From the human T2T-CHM13v2.0 reference genome, Homo sapiens, in NCBI RefSeq assembly GCF_009914755.1, contig NC_060930.1: a stretch of 64,000 bases of DNA, one strand, 5' to 3'. Below the pieces are notes generated by a model that saw only the letters and a list, made by a program, of their open reading frames with translations, ran no database searches and was not told the DNA's origin. Shown here piece by piece: positions 1-15,526 of this stretch; positions within the stretch are counted from its first letter, which is position 1, and each line of letters begins with the position of its first letter. A program made the translations under genes and the position numbers.

Positions 1-567
1 CTCACACCTATGACTTCACACTCATGTCTCCCATATCCAGCCCTCTCTCCTGATATCCATGGATACTATGTGGATGACCCTCAGGAACTGCAAACCAACA
101 TTTCCAAAACTGCACTCATCATCTTTGTTCCATTCAAACCTGATTCTCCTCACCCAAGCCAGAATCCCAGGAGTTTTTCTTCACTGACCCCTCTCCCTCA
201 CTCCTGACAGCCAGTCACCCTGTGAATTTGCCCTTTCTCCAACTCTATAAACACTGCAGTTCAGCCCTTCATTATTTCTTAACTACAAGGAACATGGCCT
301 CCTACCAGGTCCCCTGACATCCCCTCAAGGCCCTTCAGAAATGATTTGCTCCAATGTATACAAAGAGCTTCCTAAACACAAACCTAATCATAAGAGTAAT
401 GCTTCTTAGAGTCATTCATTAATACCCCACAGCTCCTTTGCATGGCATGCCAGCCCCTCTCCCCACAGTCTAACCCCTCTATGACCTGGCCCTTCTTGGG
501 CCCCATCTCCCAGCACTGACTCCCATGCACCCCATGCACAAGCCATACAGAATTACATGCACCTCCC

Positions 568-935
568 TGCTATAGACTGAACGTTCATGTCCCTCTAAAA
601 TTCATGTGTTGAAACCTAACCCCCAGTGTGTTGGTATGTGGAGGTGGGGCCTTTGGGATTATGATTAGGTCATAAGGGCAGAGCCCTCATAAATGGGATG
701 AGTGCCCTTATAAAAGAGACCCCAGAGAGCTGCCTTGGCCCTTCCACCATATGAGGTTACAGTGAGAAAGATGACCATCTATGAGTCAGGAAGCTGGCCC
801 TCGCCAGACACCAAATCCACTGATGCTTTGATCATGGACTCGCCAGACTCTGGAGCTGTGAGAAATAAACTTCTGCTCTTTATGAGCCACCCAGTCAAAA
901 GTATTCTGTTATGACAGCCCAAACGGCCTAATATA
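568..935 (+). mobile_element. Solo LTR, ERVL-MaLR (MLT1A0-like)
   Basis: MLT1A-type motifs (ggaggtggggcctttggga, gtgcccttataaaagag, gtgagaaataaa). 5-bp TSD CTCCC at 563-567 and 936-940. Confidence 0.85.
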
Positions 936-2210
936 CTCCCCAAATGCCTCCTTCTTGCCTCTAAACTTGTGCAGATGTTGCTCCCTCTGCCTAGACATCC
1001 TAACCTTTCCCGACCACCAGCCCCTTCATCTGCCACTCCCAACTGTCCTTGGATTCTGTTTTGACAATACCTCCTCTGCAAAGCCTTTCCCCCTTCTCTC
1101 TAGTGATAGCTGGCTGCCTTTTCTTGGTTCTTCAAACCCTCCCCCAGCATTAACCATTACAAAGCCTTGATGTCTGCCTCCAGCCTTTGAGCCACTTGAT
1201 AACAGGTATACATACCATCCTGGCCACTAACACTCATTCATTAAGTTTGCAGAAATAATGAATTATTGATTAAATGAAAAAAGGCTTTGCTTTTGAGCCA
1301 GCTACTGCTAAGTAGTGTTTCTAAGAGATGACACATACTTAAATAGAAAAATGGGAAAAGAGAACAAAGAGATGTGCCTATGGAAAATGAAGAAGGGGCT
1401 GCCACTTTTCTCTTGGAATCCATGGCTCTTCACTCTCCACTGGGAGGAGACCCACTGCAAAAGGAATCATGAATCATTAACTGGAGAGGACAGAGAGGGT
1501 CAATTTGGAAAGCTGACAAGGCTAAGCAATTAACTTATCATTTTGAGGATCTATTTCAAGAAGTTGAAATACTAATTTTCCTTATCACAACGAATGTATC
1601 TAATCTCTTCTGCAAAAATGGGGTCAAAGAGATTTTTTAAAAGACTATCTTAGAACAGAGGAACAAAACCTGCTCAAAAATGTTTACAGGTGAACAAGAA
1701 AATGGTCAAAGAGAAGCTGACCCCTGGTATTTTAATGAAGATATCATGCATTATAACTTAATACCTGGCCCGTGATAGAAATGAATATTTATAAGTGGGA
1801 ACCCATAACAAACTACAATTTGATGACTGAGTATCAACACCTGGACTTCCAACTCATGAGAATGCCTTTCTCTGCATAGGGCTACATCCTTGCTGTCTTT
1901 TGCTTATACTCTGAATATCTACTCAAGAATACAGGAGCATATGGTATGTTTCTGTAGTTTCACCAAGTTTCACAAGCATTACATCAACTCCCCCAAACAG
2001 GGGCCCTCGCTACATCTAAAACTGGGGTGGGGAGAAAAGAAAGAAAAGGAGAACATATGAACAAAGTTATAAACAGAAAGAGTAGTCTCTTGGCTTTTAG
2101 AAAAGATCTTGGTTAAGTCAATTTATGAAACTATCCCATCTTCCCCCATCTCCTGAACTACACTCAAAATTGTAAAATTATGGCCAACCTAGAAGCAAGT
2201 TTGAATTCAC

Positions 2211-2270
2211 TGTTCTAATGCCTGTGTGTATGTGTGCACGCGTGCACACATACACACAGGCATTAGAACA
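2211..2270. repeat. Perfect 60-bp palindrome (30-bp arms, no spacer)
   Basis: tgttctaatgcctgtgtgtatgtgtgcacg|cgtgcacacatacacacaggcattagaaca; arms checked base by base. Confidence 0.97.
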
Positions 2271-2272
2271 AT

Positions 2273-2533
2273 TTTTGTTATTTTTTTTTAGAGACATGGT
2301 CTCACTCTGTCGCCCAGGATGTAGTGCAGTAGCGCGATCACGGCTCAATGCAGCCTCGAACTCCTGGGCTCAAAAGATCCTCCCGCCTCAGTCGCCACCA
2401 CACCTGACTGTTTTGTAGAGAGAGGGTTTTGCCATGTTGCCCAGGGTGGTCTCGAACTCCTGGGCTCAAGCAATCCTCCTACCTCAGCTTCACAAAGTGC
2501 TGAGATTACAAGCACGAGCCACCACGACTGGCC
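2273..2533 (-). mobile_element. AluJ-like element with an internal deletion
   Basis: Reverse-complement Alu with J-type ctcctgggctcaag in both arms. Confidence 0.85.
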
Positions 2534-2631
2534 CTAATGCCTATATTTTTATGGGTGAAAATATTATAATAACTAGATAGTCTGAAAATGATACCCATAT
2601 GGGGTTGAAAGACTCTGAAGACGCTCACTGA

Positions 2632-2650
2632 CATCCACAAGGGGGCAGTA
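2632..2650 (+). promoter_or_regulatory. Candidate CTCF site (CATCCACAAGGGGGCAGTA)
   Basis: Close match to the CTCF core CCASYAGRKGGCRS. Motif evidence only. Confidence 0.55.
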
Positions 2651-5270
2651 TGTCACACTGAAGAAGCTGCAGTGTGTGTCACCCAAAATCAGTTTCATTC
2701 CAGTCATTTGACCCCGTGTCAAGTTGACTTCCCTTTACACCAGCTTCTCTGTACTTATGTATTCAGTACAACAAAGGGGATTTTTAAAAACTGTGTTCTT
2801 GATCTTCAGTAACAGTTTTTATAATGCAAGGGGGACATCAGTGTATAGATTTCAAGTGGAAGAAAAGCCACTTTAGAGCTGAGTGTGTTTATTTGAATAG
2901 ACCTAAAACAGTTTCAGAATTATGTGATGTAATATAACAATGCTAGCTTTCCATTGCCTTTGCTTTTCATAAAATCATGCCTGGGGTGTTTTTAAGGTTT
3001 CAGGCCAACATAAACATATGAAAACTCCACATAATTGAATCAATTGAGTCAAACAAGGTAGGTTTATTAAATTTCCTCTTCTGGCTATGTGAGTATAGAC
3101 ACAACCTAGGAGCTCACTGACTGTTAGAATTTAACAAGATATCACGGAAAGCTCATACCTATAATATTTTCCTACAAATTTTGGTCAGATCCCTATATGC
3201 TGGGCCTCAGCTTCCACAGGTAGACATTTTGTGTGTGGCCTTGGAACCAGAAGAGCAGAGGATGGGAGGTGCCTGAGGGAAGAGTATCTGAAGATTCTCT
3301 GCCTGGGGCATGGGGAAAGGAGGGTCTTTTCTCCATTGGGATTTAGAGCTCTCCTAAAAGTCTCTTCAGGTTTTCCCCAAAGCAAGAAGTTGGCTAAAGG
3401 CTTGAGAACCTTAAGAAACAGATTTGTTTTTCCTTCTGCTACTAGGGACTAAATAGAACTGTGGGAATTAGCAGTGTTGCTTTGAAAGTTTATTAGATAT
3501 GTGCATCTCAATCAAGACCTTGCCTCCCACCCTCACTATTTTTTCCTCAAATTAACCATTGAGAAGACATAAGCAAGAAATAATAGCTAACCCCTCCAAC
3601 ATTTTTCAAATTAAAAAGTGAATTAGAGAAATAAAATTGTCCTTAGAAGAGTCTACATATGACCCAAGCAGATCCCCAAGCCTTTGGAAATTTGTAGTCC
3701 ACAAAATTAAGATCTTTTCCCACGGGGTACCACTTCCCAACTCTCACCTCCATCCCTTACCCCACCCACACTCCACCCCGCATGGAGTATCAGCTCGGGG
3801 CTGGTGAAGGAAGAGATGGAAAGGGCAGGGCAGGGATGAATTTTTAGCAAGGAGTAAAGTTATGTAAAATGATATGTACGCACACACAGAACAAAAAATA
3901 GTGATGTGTGGTAGTTGGAAATGTTGCTGGGTCAAAAACTTTCTAAGGGGAATATATATTTTCTAAACCATTATGGAAATCAAAGAGTTGTAGCCAAAGT
4001 GACAACTAAAATGTATGGCTTTCAGCTTTTCAGACAGCTAACAAAGCAACAGCTCTGGCAATCAATGGGCCCATCAATCAAATGAGGTAGTGCCTTGGAG
4101 GGCCTCTGTCGAGGGAAGGAACATGGGTCACGTGGCCTTGTGCAGGTCCTTCCTTTCCCTTCACAGCAGCAGAACTGACTGGAGCCTAGTAAGCAAGTGT
4201 GATGGGCTCTTCGCAAGGCCTTTCTCAGAAGCTAAGTTTTTCCTGGAAGCTATGCATGTCAGATGCAGTCATGCATTCTGGTTCCCTGTGACTGTGACTG
4301 CTGCACACCTTGGGAGGGGAGCCCCAACAGTTCCCTACCACTATTGTAAGGAAAATACCTGGTTCATTCCATGAACACTGAGTCTGATTACTTCCACACT
4401 AATCTGTACCCCTGTCTCCAGCCTCTCCCCAGCCCCCTCCTTGCTGCCTACTCTATCACCTCTTTAGGGAGTGGTGGGTAGAAGTGGAGCTTAGGTCAGC
4501 CCTGGAATAAACTGGGCAAGAATCAAAAGTAAAAAGAGAAAAAGAAGAGGGTCACTTAAAATCCAAGAGATAGGAACAGCAAGTTCTCCATTTAGAAAGA
4601 GAGTAGAATAAATGAAATAGGGGAGGAGGAGAAGAAAGAACCTTCTCCAGTCAAGCCCATATTGAGGATATCACTCAGCGGGAGAGGTTTAATAAAAGCT
4701 ACTGGGCCAGCATCTGCCTGCAGATAACAATTAATGCCAAAAACAATGGGCTTAACAACTCTTAATTCAATCTTTGGAAAAAGATAAAGTTTGCAGAAAT
4801 CAAGAGAAACTTTCTCTATCTACTGGGGTGTAGAGAAAGGTGCAGAAACTCCAGAAAATGGATGAAAGAAAAATTTCAAAAACCATAGACTAATGAGTTT
4901 GTAAAGCAAGAACCATATCTTCTTAACTCACATGGTACCACCGCCAGCTCAAGGCTACAAAAAACAGAACAGGGAAAACTCATCAACTCGTGTGATGGTT
5001 CAAACTTGGGGAATACAAACTAGGAGTTTGCAATCAAGCCAAAGAAAATCCAGAAAGGAGTAGTATGCTTTACTTCTGGAACATACAGAAGCTCTTGTTA
5101 TCTATGGACAATTGACCCTAGGAATTCTATCTTGACTTAGTCTTCCATTCCCTCCTCTGAGTCTCTGACATAATATTATTTTAATTCAACAGTTTATACA
5201 GTATTGGTAAAAAGCCCTGAGTCCAATCAATTCAACTATCTTCCTCAACTCAGTGAGTTCTAGTCTAGAT

Positions 5271-5552
5271 CAAGGCCCATCAAATTATAGTCCACAGGCT
5301 AAGAAGTTTTTACATTGTTAAATGGTTGAAAAAAATCAAAAGAAGGATATGGTACATTAAATGAAATTCAAGTTTCAGTACCCATAATAAAGTTTTAGCA
5401 GAACACGGTCATGCTCATTTGTTGGCATACTCTCTTATCACTGCTTCTGTGATAAAACAGCAGAGTTGACTAGTTGCAAAAGAGACGTACAGCCAGCAAA
5501 GCCTAAAATATTTACTGGCTGGTCCTGTACAGAAATGGTTTGCTGACCCCTG
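5271..5552 (+). mobile_element. MER58B-like hAT-Charlie DNA transposon
   Basis: gcaaagcctaaaatatttact...tttgctgacccctg end. 8-bp TSD gtctagat/gtctaggt. Confidence 0.85.
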
Positions 5553-5723
5553 GTCTAGGTAACCAGAAACTTCACAGTCATAATAACTTTGATGACTGAG
5601 CCACTCACTTCATCCGAAACTGTTAAGGTAGAAAACTGCTGAAACGGTGGAAAGAGGATCTGAAAAGTGAAACAGAACCTGGGGCTTACTTCGAAAGGAC
5701 GGGGACACCCCAGAGAGGACTCA

Positions 5724-5921
<198 letters not shown>

Positions 5922-6464
5922 CTAAGCAGAGTACATTTTTAAAAAGAGAAAAGCAATATTGTATTTAAATTCCACTGCATGATTAATAGAAACAAACATT
6001 CCAACCTTATGTTTGATAGTGACAGTACTACTCAAGTGAATGAACTCAGGGCATAAACTCCTTAAGACAATACATGGTTACTTCAGGAAAAAAACTTGTT
6101 TAACCTCACATAAAGATATCACTTTATTCTCCCACAGATTCTATCGTGGACTTTGGCTTATGATGGAAAAGAAAAAAAAAGACCCCAGGGGCAAGGGATG
6201 ATGGGGGTAAGGGGTAGCAGATTGAAAGGGCTGAAATGACCCTAGTAATAGTCAGTCTAGTTTTAATGTACAAACAATTCAAAAACTCAAAAAGTCAATA
6301 TAAACCACAAGGAGGCCTGTATTGACTGGACAACTAACCAAAGACCTCACTTGAAAACCAGTATCTCACACCTGAATAATAATACCACTACACTATGAAT
6401 GAACGGTCCCCAAAAATTATAATGCTTAGGTGTAGCAAAGTATGTACAACATATTCAACTACTG

Positions 6465-6560
6465 TGCCTCTTAAAAATGCAGGTTCCTGTGCCCCAGCCT
6501 GGACTTCTGGATCAGAATCCTGGGGATAGTGCCCAGAATCTGTGTTTTTGACAAGTTGTC
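6465..6560. mobile_element. MER5-like fragment
   Basis: ttaaaaatgcaggttcctgtgcccca...atcagaatc...aatctgtgttttt resembles the MER5A core. Confidence 0.5.
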
Positions 6561-7616
6561 ATTGGTAGAGAGAATAACGGGGATTTGGACTGATCTCTGC
6601 CTCCTGGTGTCTTGATATTTATCTCATTGCTTATTCTAAAGAATAAAAGTAGGCCTAACCTCAAAAAGGGTAATAACTATTGGGGATGTTATAGGGGCTG
6701 CTGTTAGTCATATTGCCTTTGTGCAATTAAGAAAATAGAACCTCCTCTGGGTGGAAATGGTCCATTCCAAGGTTTGCGGCTTGGCAAATAGAACTGGGTC
6801 AAGATTTCACCCCCACCCTTTGGCCAGGCACTGTTGTGCAGTGAGCAACTTGCACAACCACATATGGATCTCTAGACATTATCCCTGATGTTACCCCAGG
6901 AGAAATGTCACCTACTTCTAGAAGCTGCTAATACATCTAACATTCTTGTAATCTGTATACTAAAGATGTAAACTTACCACATACCATAGCCCCTATTTCA
7001 GATTTCTCTTGATGCCATCCATATCCTCTTAATACATCCCTTTCTGGACTCTTGTCATTCTCAGATGCAATCTATCCTCCACACTGCCACCAGAGGGAAC
7101 TGTTTACAATGCAAATGAGACCCAAGAACGCTGCTGCTCAAAATTATCCAATGGCTTTAATAGCTCTAGTCTACAAACTACCCCTTTTCACACAGCAATC
7201 TAGACCCACATCCACCATCTAGCCACTGCCCACCTGCCCGGTCTCATTGGCTATCTAAGTCCCTCTGGTCTCCTAATTCCAGCTACCCCTACCCAGCCAG
7301 GTCAAGGTGTTTGCCCACCTCCCTGACTTTATGCACTCTTCACCTTTTACAAGAATCCTTTTCTCCACCCTCTGTAAAGTCCTATATCCATGCTTTTTAA
7401 AACAAATCAGTTCAAATCTCACCTTGTTACATAATTATTTCCCCAGGATACAACCATTATTTGCCCTTCCTCTGTGCTTCCACTGTATGGTGTGTAGTCC
7501 CCTACCCTTACAGAGTAACTATTTACACATCTGGCCTTACCTCTAGACCACCCTTTCCCCTGATAACTTGTTACATGTTTATCTTGACTACTTTTTAAAA
7601 TAGTAGTAATAAAAAT

Positions 7617-8183
7617 TGTAGAAAGTAAAAAATTTCCTCTTCAAAGTTCCCCTTCTTGTTAAAGAATAAATCATAAGTGTTAGAAATAATAGTTTCTTTT
7701 TATTAAAGACTAACTTTCTTCAAGCCTCCTTGCTTTGTGCTAGTAACTCTTTGTTAAGCCCTATCCTACGTAACTGTTGGACATGCTCACAGGCACGTTC
7801 CAGCTCACAGCCTATGCCCCTTCCTTATTTGGAAATGCTATTGCTTCCTTAAACCTTTCGTAAGCAACTTCTTTGTTCTTCCTTTCACTTACCTATTTAG
7901 GAAAGTTTTAGGCTATCAGCAAATCGGGCATCAGTTTAAGACTGTGAGGCCCTGCTCCAGCCAATGGATGCAGGACACAGCAGTAAGGACAACCCAAATG
8001 CGTAAGGGATAAATATGTCTGCTTTTTCTTTGTTCAGGTGTGCTCTCGCCATTGTTCCATCTGTGATTGAGCACCTTTTCTGCAGAAAGTAAAGATGGCC
8101 TTCCTGAGAGATCTTTTGTCTCCATGCTGACTTTTCTTCGCAGCACCAATTATCTATTTCTAACAATTTTGGTATTTCTAACA
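7617..8183 (+). mobile_element. Solo ERV1 LTR (LTR10C-like, HERV-I group), antisense to FAXC
   Basis: TG...CA termini; 4-bp TSD AAAT at 7613-7616 and 8184-8187. Start tgtagaaagtaaaaa.tttcctcttcaaag recalled as LTR10C. Internal CCAAT and AGTAAA. Confidence 0.8.
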
Positions 8184-8458
8184 AAATTAATAATCAATTC
8201 TTATGTAAATGGAAGTTCTAGTATGTTTTCATGATCAACAATTATATTTTGATTGCTAGGTAAAAAGCAAGAGACAACATTTTAGAGACACTCTGATTAC
8301 ATCTAAGTAAACATAGATGAATGAAAAAACATTTTAAAAAAAAAGAGACTTACAAACATGTCACAAGTAATTGGGAAGACTATAGGTGAGATGCCGGTGA
8401 TCTTTTTTTCCCATACATTTCAATTTCTCTAAATGTGGTCGTATAATTTTTAAAATAA

Positions 8459-8775
<317 letters not shown>

Positions 8776-11700
8776 AAAATAATACTTTTTCTTAACTTCT
8801 TTAAATCTATTGAAGAACTCCTGGACTATTTTTATTTAAGCAATTAGACTCTGACTAATCCACTGAGGGTAGTTTCTGAAAGTAATTTTGAGAAGATAAA
8901 GAGGTAAATCCTCCATATTTTTTCCAAGCTGATGTTTCCTTCTGCAAGTCTGCCCCAGGTGAGACTGATGCAGCCACACATATACTACATTATTAGCATG
9001 GCAGTGAAGGCCATAGGCTTTGGATTTCAAAATCTCATTCCATCATTTATTCACGGAGTGACCCTGGACCTCCCTGGGTCTCCCTTAACCCTCCCTGGAC
9101 CTCAGTGTCCTCATCTGTACAGTGGGGATAATAACAGTTGCTAGGATGAAATGAGAAGATGTGCAGTGCCTTCATCAGAAGTATTTTGAAGAACTTGAGA
9201 CTCTAAGAGAGATACCAGAGTCTTGGGACTCTGATTTGATATACTGGCCAGAATACCCATAGGTTTCAGGTAAATATCTATCTATTACATTCACTCTGCC
9301 CAGGAGCTATCTGGAGTCATCTTCCACTGGCTAAATTTGAAATAATTTGAGCAGTCTGTGTGGATTATGACACACTGAAAAAATCCACGCACCCACTATC
9401 TATTTAGTTTTGAAGAAGAATGTCCTTATTTTTTGGAGCTGCATGTTGAAGTATTGCAGGATGATGTGTCAGGATTACTGCAACTTACTTTAAAATGGTT
9501 TACCAAAAACACTGTTCACAAATGTAGATGTAAAGAGTGGGGAAAGCAAAGGAGGAGACATTAACCATTCACGATCTAGGTAAAGGGCATGGGGGTGTGC
9601 ACTGTACTATTCTTTTGTCTGCAGCTTAGGAAAAAAAAAAGAGGCAGGAGGGGAGACAAGGTCAGCAAATAAATACAACATCAAAAGTTAGGGCTGACAG
9701 CTGAGGCAGACAGCTCCAAAGGAAACATTTTCTTTTTTCTTTCTCTCACTTAAAAAGAATTCTTTTGTGAAATGTATGCTTCTTATACAACTACTTATAT
9801 CAAATGATGTAGGTGTCTTTACATGTCTAAAGAAATGTAAGGAAGAAAAGTCAAAAATATCAGTTATGATAATAATCTCCAGCTCGTAGGATATCAGGTA
9901 ATTTTCACTTTCCACATACACTGTTTTGTACTGTTTGGAATTTTTCTAAGGACCATATATCATCTACACATAATCAGAAAATGCAGTAAAGCTATTTTTG
10001 TGTTTTTTAAAAAATTAACCACATCCCCAGGACCTCCCTGTACATTGTTTGCAATTTCCTATAAGTCTATCATTATTACAAAATAAAAAGATTTTAAAAT
10101 TGAACTACCAATATTCATATCTTGATAGAGAAAAATAATAATAACTGTGTTCAATACATTGAGCTTTTTTTAAAAATAAGCCTTTTGATTTCCTAACTAA
10201 TGGTCATCAAATATTCATTCCCATTCCATTTAGGTTAAAAAATTCAAGAGCTTCTAATATAAAGTCATGATCTGAGGAGCACTGGCATTTTAATCTTTTT
10301 AAAATGGCACAGGCAAAAGAAGGGGCAAAGGGTACAGCTCCCTGGGTCCATGACAAAATATTTCTCTACTGATCAATCCAAGAAATGAACTCCCCAGCAC
10401 TCCCCAGACACCCACTGCATCAGTACAAATCCCCACTAAGGGAATGGGAATCAAGGTACCCCTAACCGTTGCAACACAGCATCCCTTTCTAAACCACAGC
10501 ACCATTTTTTTTTACCTAAAATCTGTCACACCCCTGGAGCATTGCCCACTCCATTTATTTTCCATACAGACTTCACAGAAGAAAAACAGCCCTATACAAT
10601 TCTTTTTTTAAAAATATACTTAATAACAAATAATAATTTTGGAAGGGGTAAGCAAGCCCCTTCTTGAAGACCTCTGTAATAGCTGCAGGCTTCACAGCAA
10701 GGCATGAGTCCTGCTGCTCCAGTTACACTAACTACAGGCAGCTGCTCTAAAATGTGAACAAAGGCAGATATGCTGCAGGTAAAGACAGGTCTACAGCAGT
10801 CAGGGCTTGACGGCTTGAAGGGCAGAAAGGAAAGTGCAGAAAAGCCTGGCAGCTGCTGCAGCCACCACAAACGACAGGATTATTTTATCAAAGGTGGGGG
10901 AGCACAAAAGTTCTTGAAAGTAGTCAGAGACAGCACTGCACAAAATTCAGGTTTTGGGCTCCCACTGCCCCAAAGCTGTCATGGCTAAGTGAGGCAATCT
11001 GTTCAAGAGTGATGATGGAATAGAGACAGGTAGCTGTTGGGTAGCAATCTCTTCCTTCAATTTGAGTCTCCAAGTGACACACATCTTCAAGTGCTGACTG
11101 CCAAAACCAAGCTGAACAACGATCTTTCAAATATGAGCCAATGCATTTAGATGCTGCAGACCTTGTTTCCTCCATTGCTGTCTTAGCAAGTCCTAAGTAA
11201 TCTTCTCCCTGCTGCTCTCTCTGGACTCCCCCCATGCATTCCAGTTACCAGTTATAAAGATTCCCTTTCTAATCACTTCCTGTTCCCAAACATCCCATGT
11301 CCTCCCTGATGCCCCAATCCGAAGTCTGGACTAGGTGCCACTTCACCATGTCCCCAGAGGCCCTGCATTATAGCACTTACCAAACTAAAGCATGTCAACC
11401 ATGGTGTCCCAGCATTGCCTTAGAAGGATCACTGCCACCCCCTTCCCCTCTTCTCTACAGAAGCTATCTCAAAAAGCACAGGCTATGGGGAGTCAGGAGC
11501 TGGAGGAGTAATATCATTATTGGGGCAGGCAAAAGCTTGGCTGAGTGGGGAGCCCACCCCCTCCAACCTCCCAGTTGGTCTGTTACAACCTGAGGAAAAT
11601 ACCTCCTCCCAGTGTTGGTGCTTTATAAGAGTCTAAAGGTGAACCCCGGAGCTGCAGGAGCCATTTGGGGGAATGGCAGCAAAGCAAAAGGACCAGAGTA

Positions 11701-12470
11701 GTTTGGGGATGCCTGAGGCTCACCTCCTTTCTTTTTTTAAACTCCCTCAGAGGTACAGGACCTGTGGCCTGGGCTTTAGCCCTCGTCCAGTACAAATTCC
11801 CAGGCAGAGAAGTTGGCATCCCTGGTAAAAGGAGTTCTCAAACCAAAATAACTAGATAAGTACCACTACTATGAGAAGGGCAGTGCACTGAATTATACGA
11901 CATGAAGCAGAATTATTGGGACAGACCAAAAAATTTAAGTAACATAATAAATATCCTCCAATGGATAAAGGAAGAGATTACTAATACAAACTGAAAGAAA
12001 ACATTAAGAAGAAAAATACAAAAGTTGGAATAAGGAACACAATAGACGGGGTAAATAGCATAATGGATACAAAAACAAACAAACAACAACAACAAACACA
12101 CATAGAGCAATGCAAAGGAAGCTCAGAGAGAGGAATGCTTCCAGAAAGAAGCAGAAAAGAATTCAAGTAGAGAGTAGAGAGACATAGAAAATAGAAGCAG
12201 AGTTTCCAAAATCTGGATAATAGGGAACAAGGAAGAAGAGGGAAAAGAAAAACAAACATAAAAGAAAAGGAAATATTTTAACAAAATTGATAATTAATTC
12301 TCCAGAATTCAAAAGAGATGAAAGACCTCAGATAATAAGAGTTTATAAAGGACCAAACAGGATATATAAAGACCCACACCAACACATGCCATATTGAAAC
12401 TTGAGAATATTAAGATTAAATACAAATTCTAAGATAATTTAGAGAGAAAGAGAAAGAAGAATGAGATTAA

Positions 12471-12834
<364 letters not shown>

Positions 12835-12987
12835 TAATAACTATATTCTCAGGCATGCAAAGCCACTGAAGGTTTGCCACATAAAGACTCACTCTAAAGA
12901 TATTCCATCAGGGAAGTTCTCAAATAAAAAGATAAATCCTTTATAATAAGATATATGGGAAATAAGGCTAGTCAAATAACATACTAA

Positions 12988-13425
<438 letters not shown>

Positions 13426-14629
13426 TAAACTGCTAATGTGTTTGTATTATAACAGAATAAATACAGACTTTAATTCATTTAACAAATTAATAAGCATAAA
13501 CACAAATTTGGGTCTTAAGAGTAACTACAATAACAACAAAAATATAATTTGTTTTAAATGAGAAAAAATATCTATTAGCAGGAAATGAGAAGAAATTTAA
13601 AATGAAGTATAGTAAGGAGAAAAATATTAAATAAGATATTAGAAATAAGTTCTAATAAAACAATCATTTCAATAAGTATAAATGGATTAAAGTTGCCAAT
13701 TAAAAGACTCTCCAATTAGATATAAGAGAGAAATAAATACAAAAAGAGAGAGGGCGAGAAAAAGAGAGAGAGAATGAAGAAAGATATCCTAAGCAAATAT
13801 GAACCAAAAGAAGGCTGGAGAATCTATCTCAATATCTGATAACACAGAATTCAAGTTTTTTAAAAAATAGGAAGAGACATCAATGGAGGATACATACTAG
13901 AAAAATAAACAAGAGTAAAAGATGTGAACTTTTATATGTACCTAACAATGTAACCTAAAATATATAAATACTCTAACATAAAGCAAGAACTGACAGAATG
14001 ACAGGAAAGAGACAAATCAACAGATACACTTGAATATTTTAACATGCTCCTTTCAGACAAAAAAATAAGCAGAAATACAGAAGGTCTAAATAATACACTA
14101 AACGTGTTTAAGCAAGTAGATCTATAGAGAGCTCTCTATATCCAAACAGAGAATATGTAATTATTTTCAACATTTTAAAAAAGTAACTACAAACCAGGCT
14201 AAAGCTTCAGTGAATTCCAAGGAATCAATATCACAGAGACTATCTTCTCTGACCATCAAATTAAAAATAACAAAAATCAAAGCTTAAAATAGTTCCATAT
14301 GGCTAGAACTTGGTTAAAAATAAAAACATAAGTGAACTTTTAAAAAAAATACATAGAATTGAATGACTATGAAAACACAGCGTGTTGACTTTGTGAGACA
14401 CAGCTCAAGCATTACTCAGAGAGAAATATATACCTTTAAGTACACTCCTCTTCCTTATTTACTGCTAAAATGAACAAGTGTTTCCCTGAAAGTCACACAA
14501 ACAGAACATGGAGTGCTGTGGAAAAGCTCTCACCACATACACAAATATCTACCTCGTGGCCTACTGGGCCTTCTGCCCCCAAGATTCATGAGGGACAAAA
14601 TACGATGCTGTCAATAAACTAAAACCTAA

Positions 14630-15008
<379 letters not shown>

Positions 15009-15232
15009 CAAAGAATACTCTGTTAAATAAAAATATCATGGCGCTGAATCTCTCAAAAGTTTAGACCTTTTTGATCCATCATTATCAACAGACCCTGGAA
15101 TCAAGTATTTTATTTCCCTCTTACTAAGGATTAGGCACTGCTAGTTTCAGCTCCCATCCCCTCTGGCATCCACTGTGTGAGACGAAATATTCCCCCCTTT
15201 AGTTAAATACTCATCCCCTGATACTGATGTCA

Positions 15233-15526
<294 letters not shown>

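Noticed and set aside
4083-4091. TGAGGTAGT matching the let-7 5' end
   Set aside because: Only 9 nt match, with no precursor hairpin; intronic, so not a plausible target site either.
4127-4135. GTCACGTGG E-box with nearby SOX-like AACAAAG
   Set aside because: Short motifs are expected by chance; an enhancer cannot be supported without conservation or chromatin data.
7086-7100. CTCF-like gccaccagagggaac
   Set aside because: Lacks the GGC end and lies in an L2-like remnant where this word is common.
14123-14140. 18-bp palindrome tatagagagctctctata (and 16-bp gatatcttaagatatc at 50583-50598)
   Set aside because: Short, low-complexity, in decayed repeat or AT-rich DNA; no functional context.
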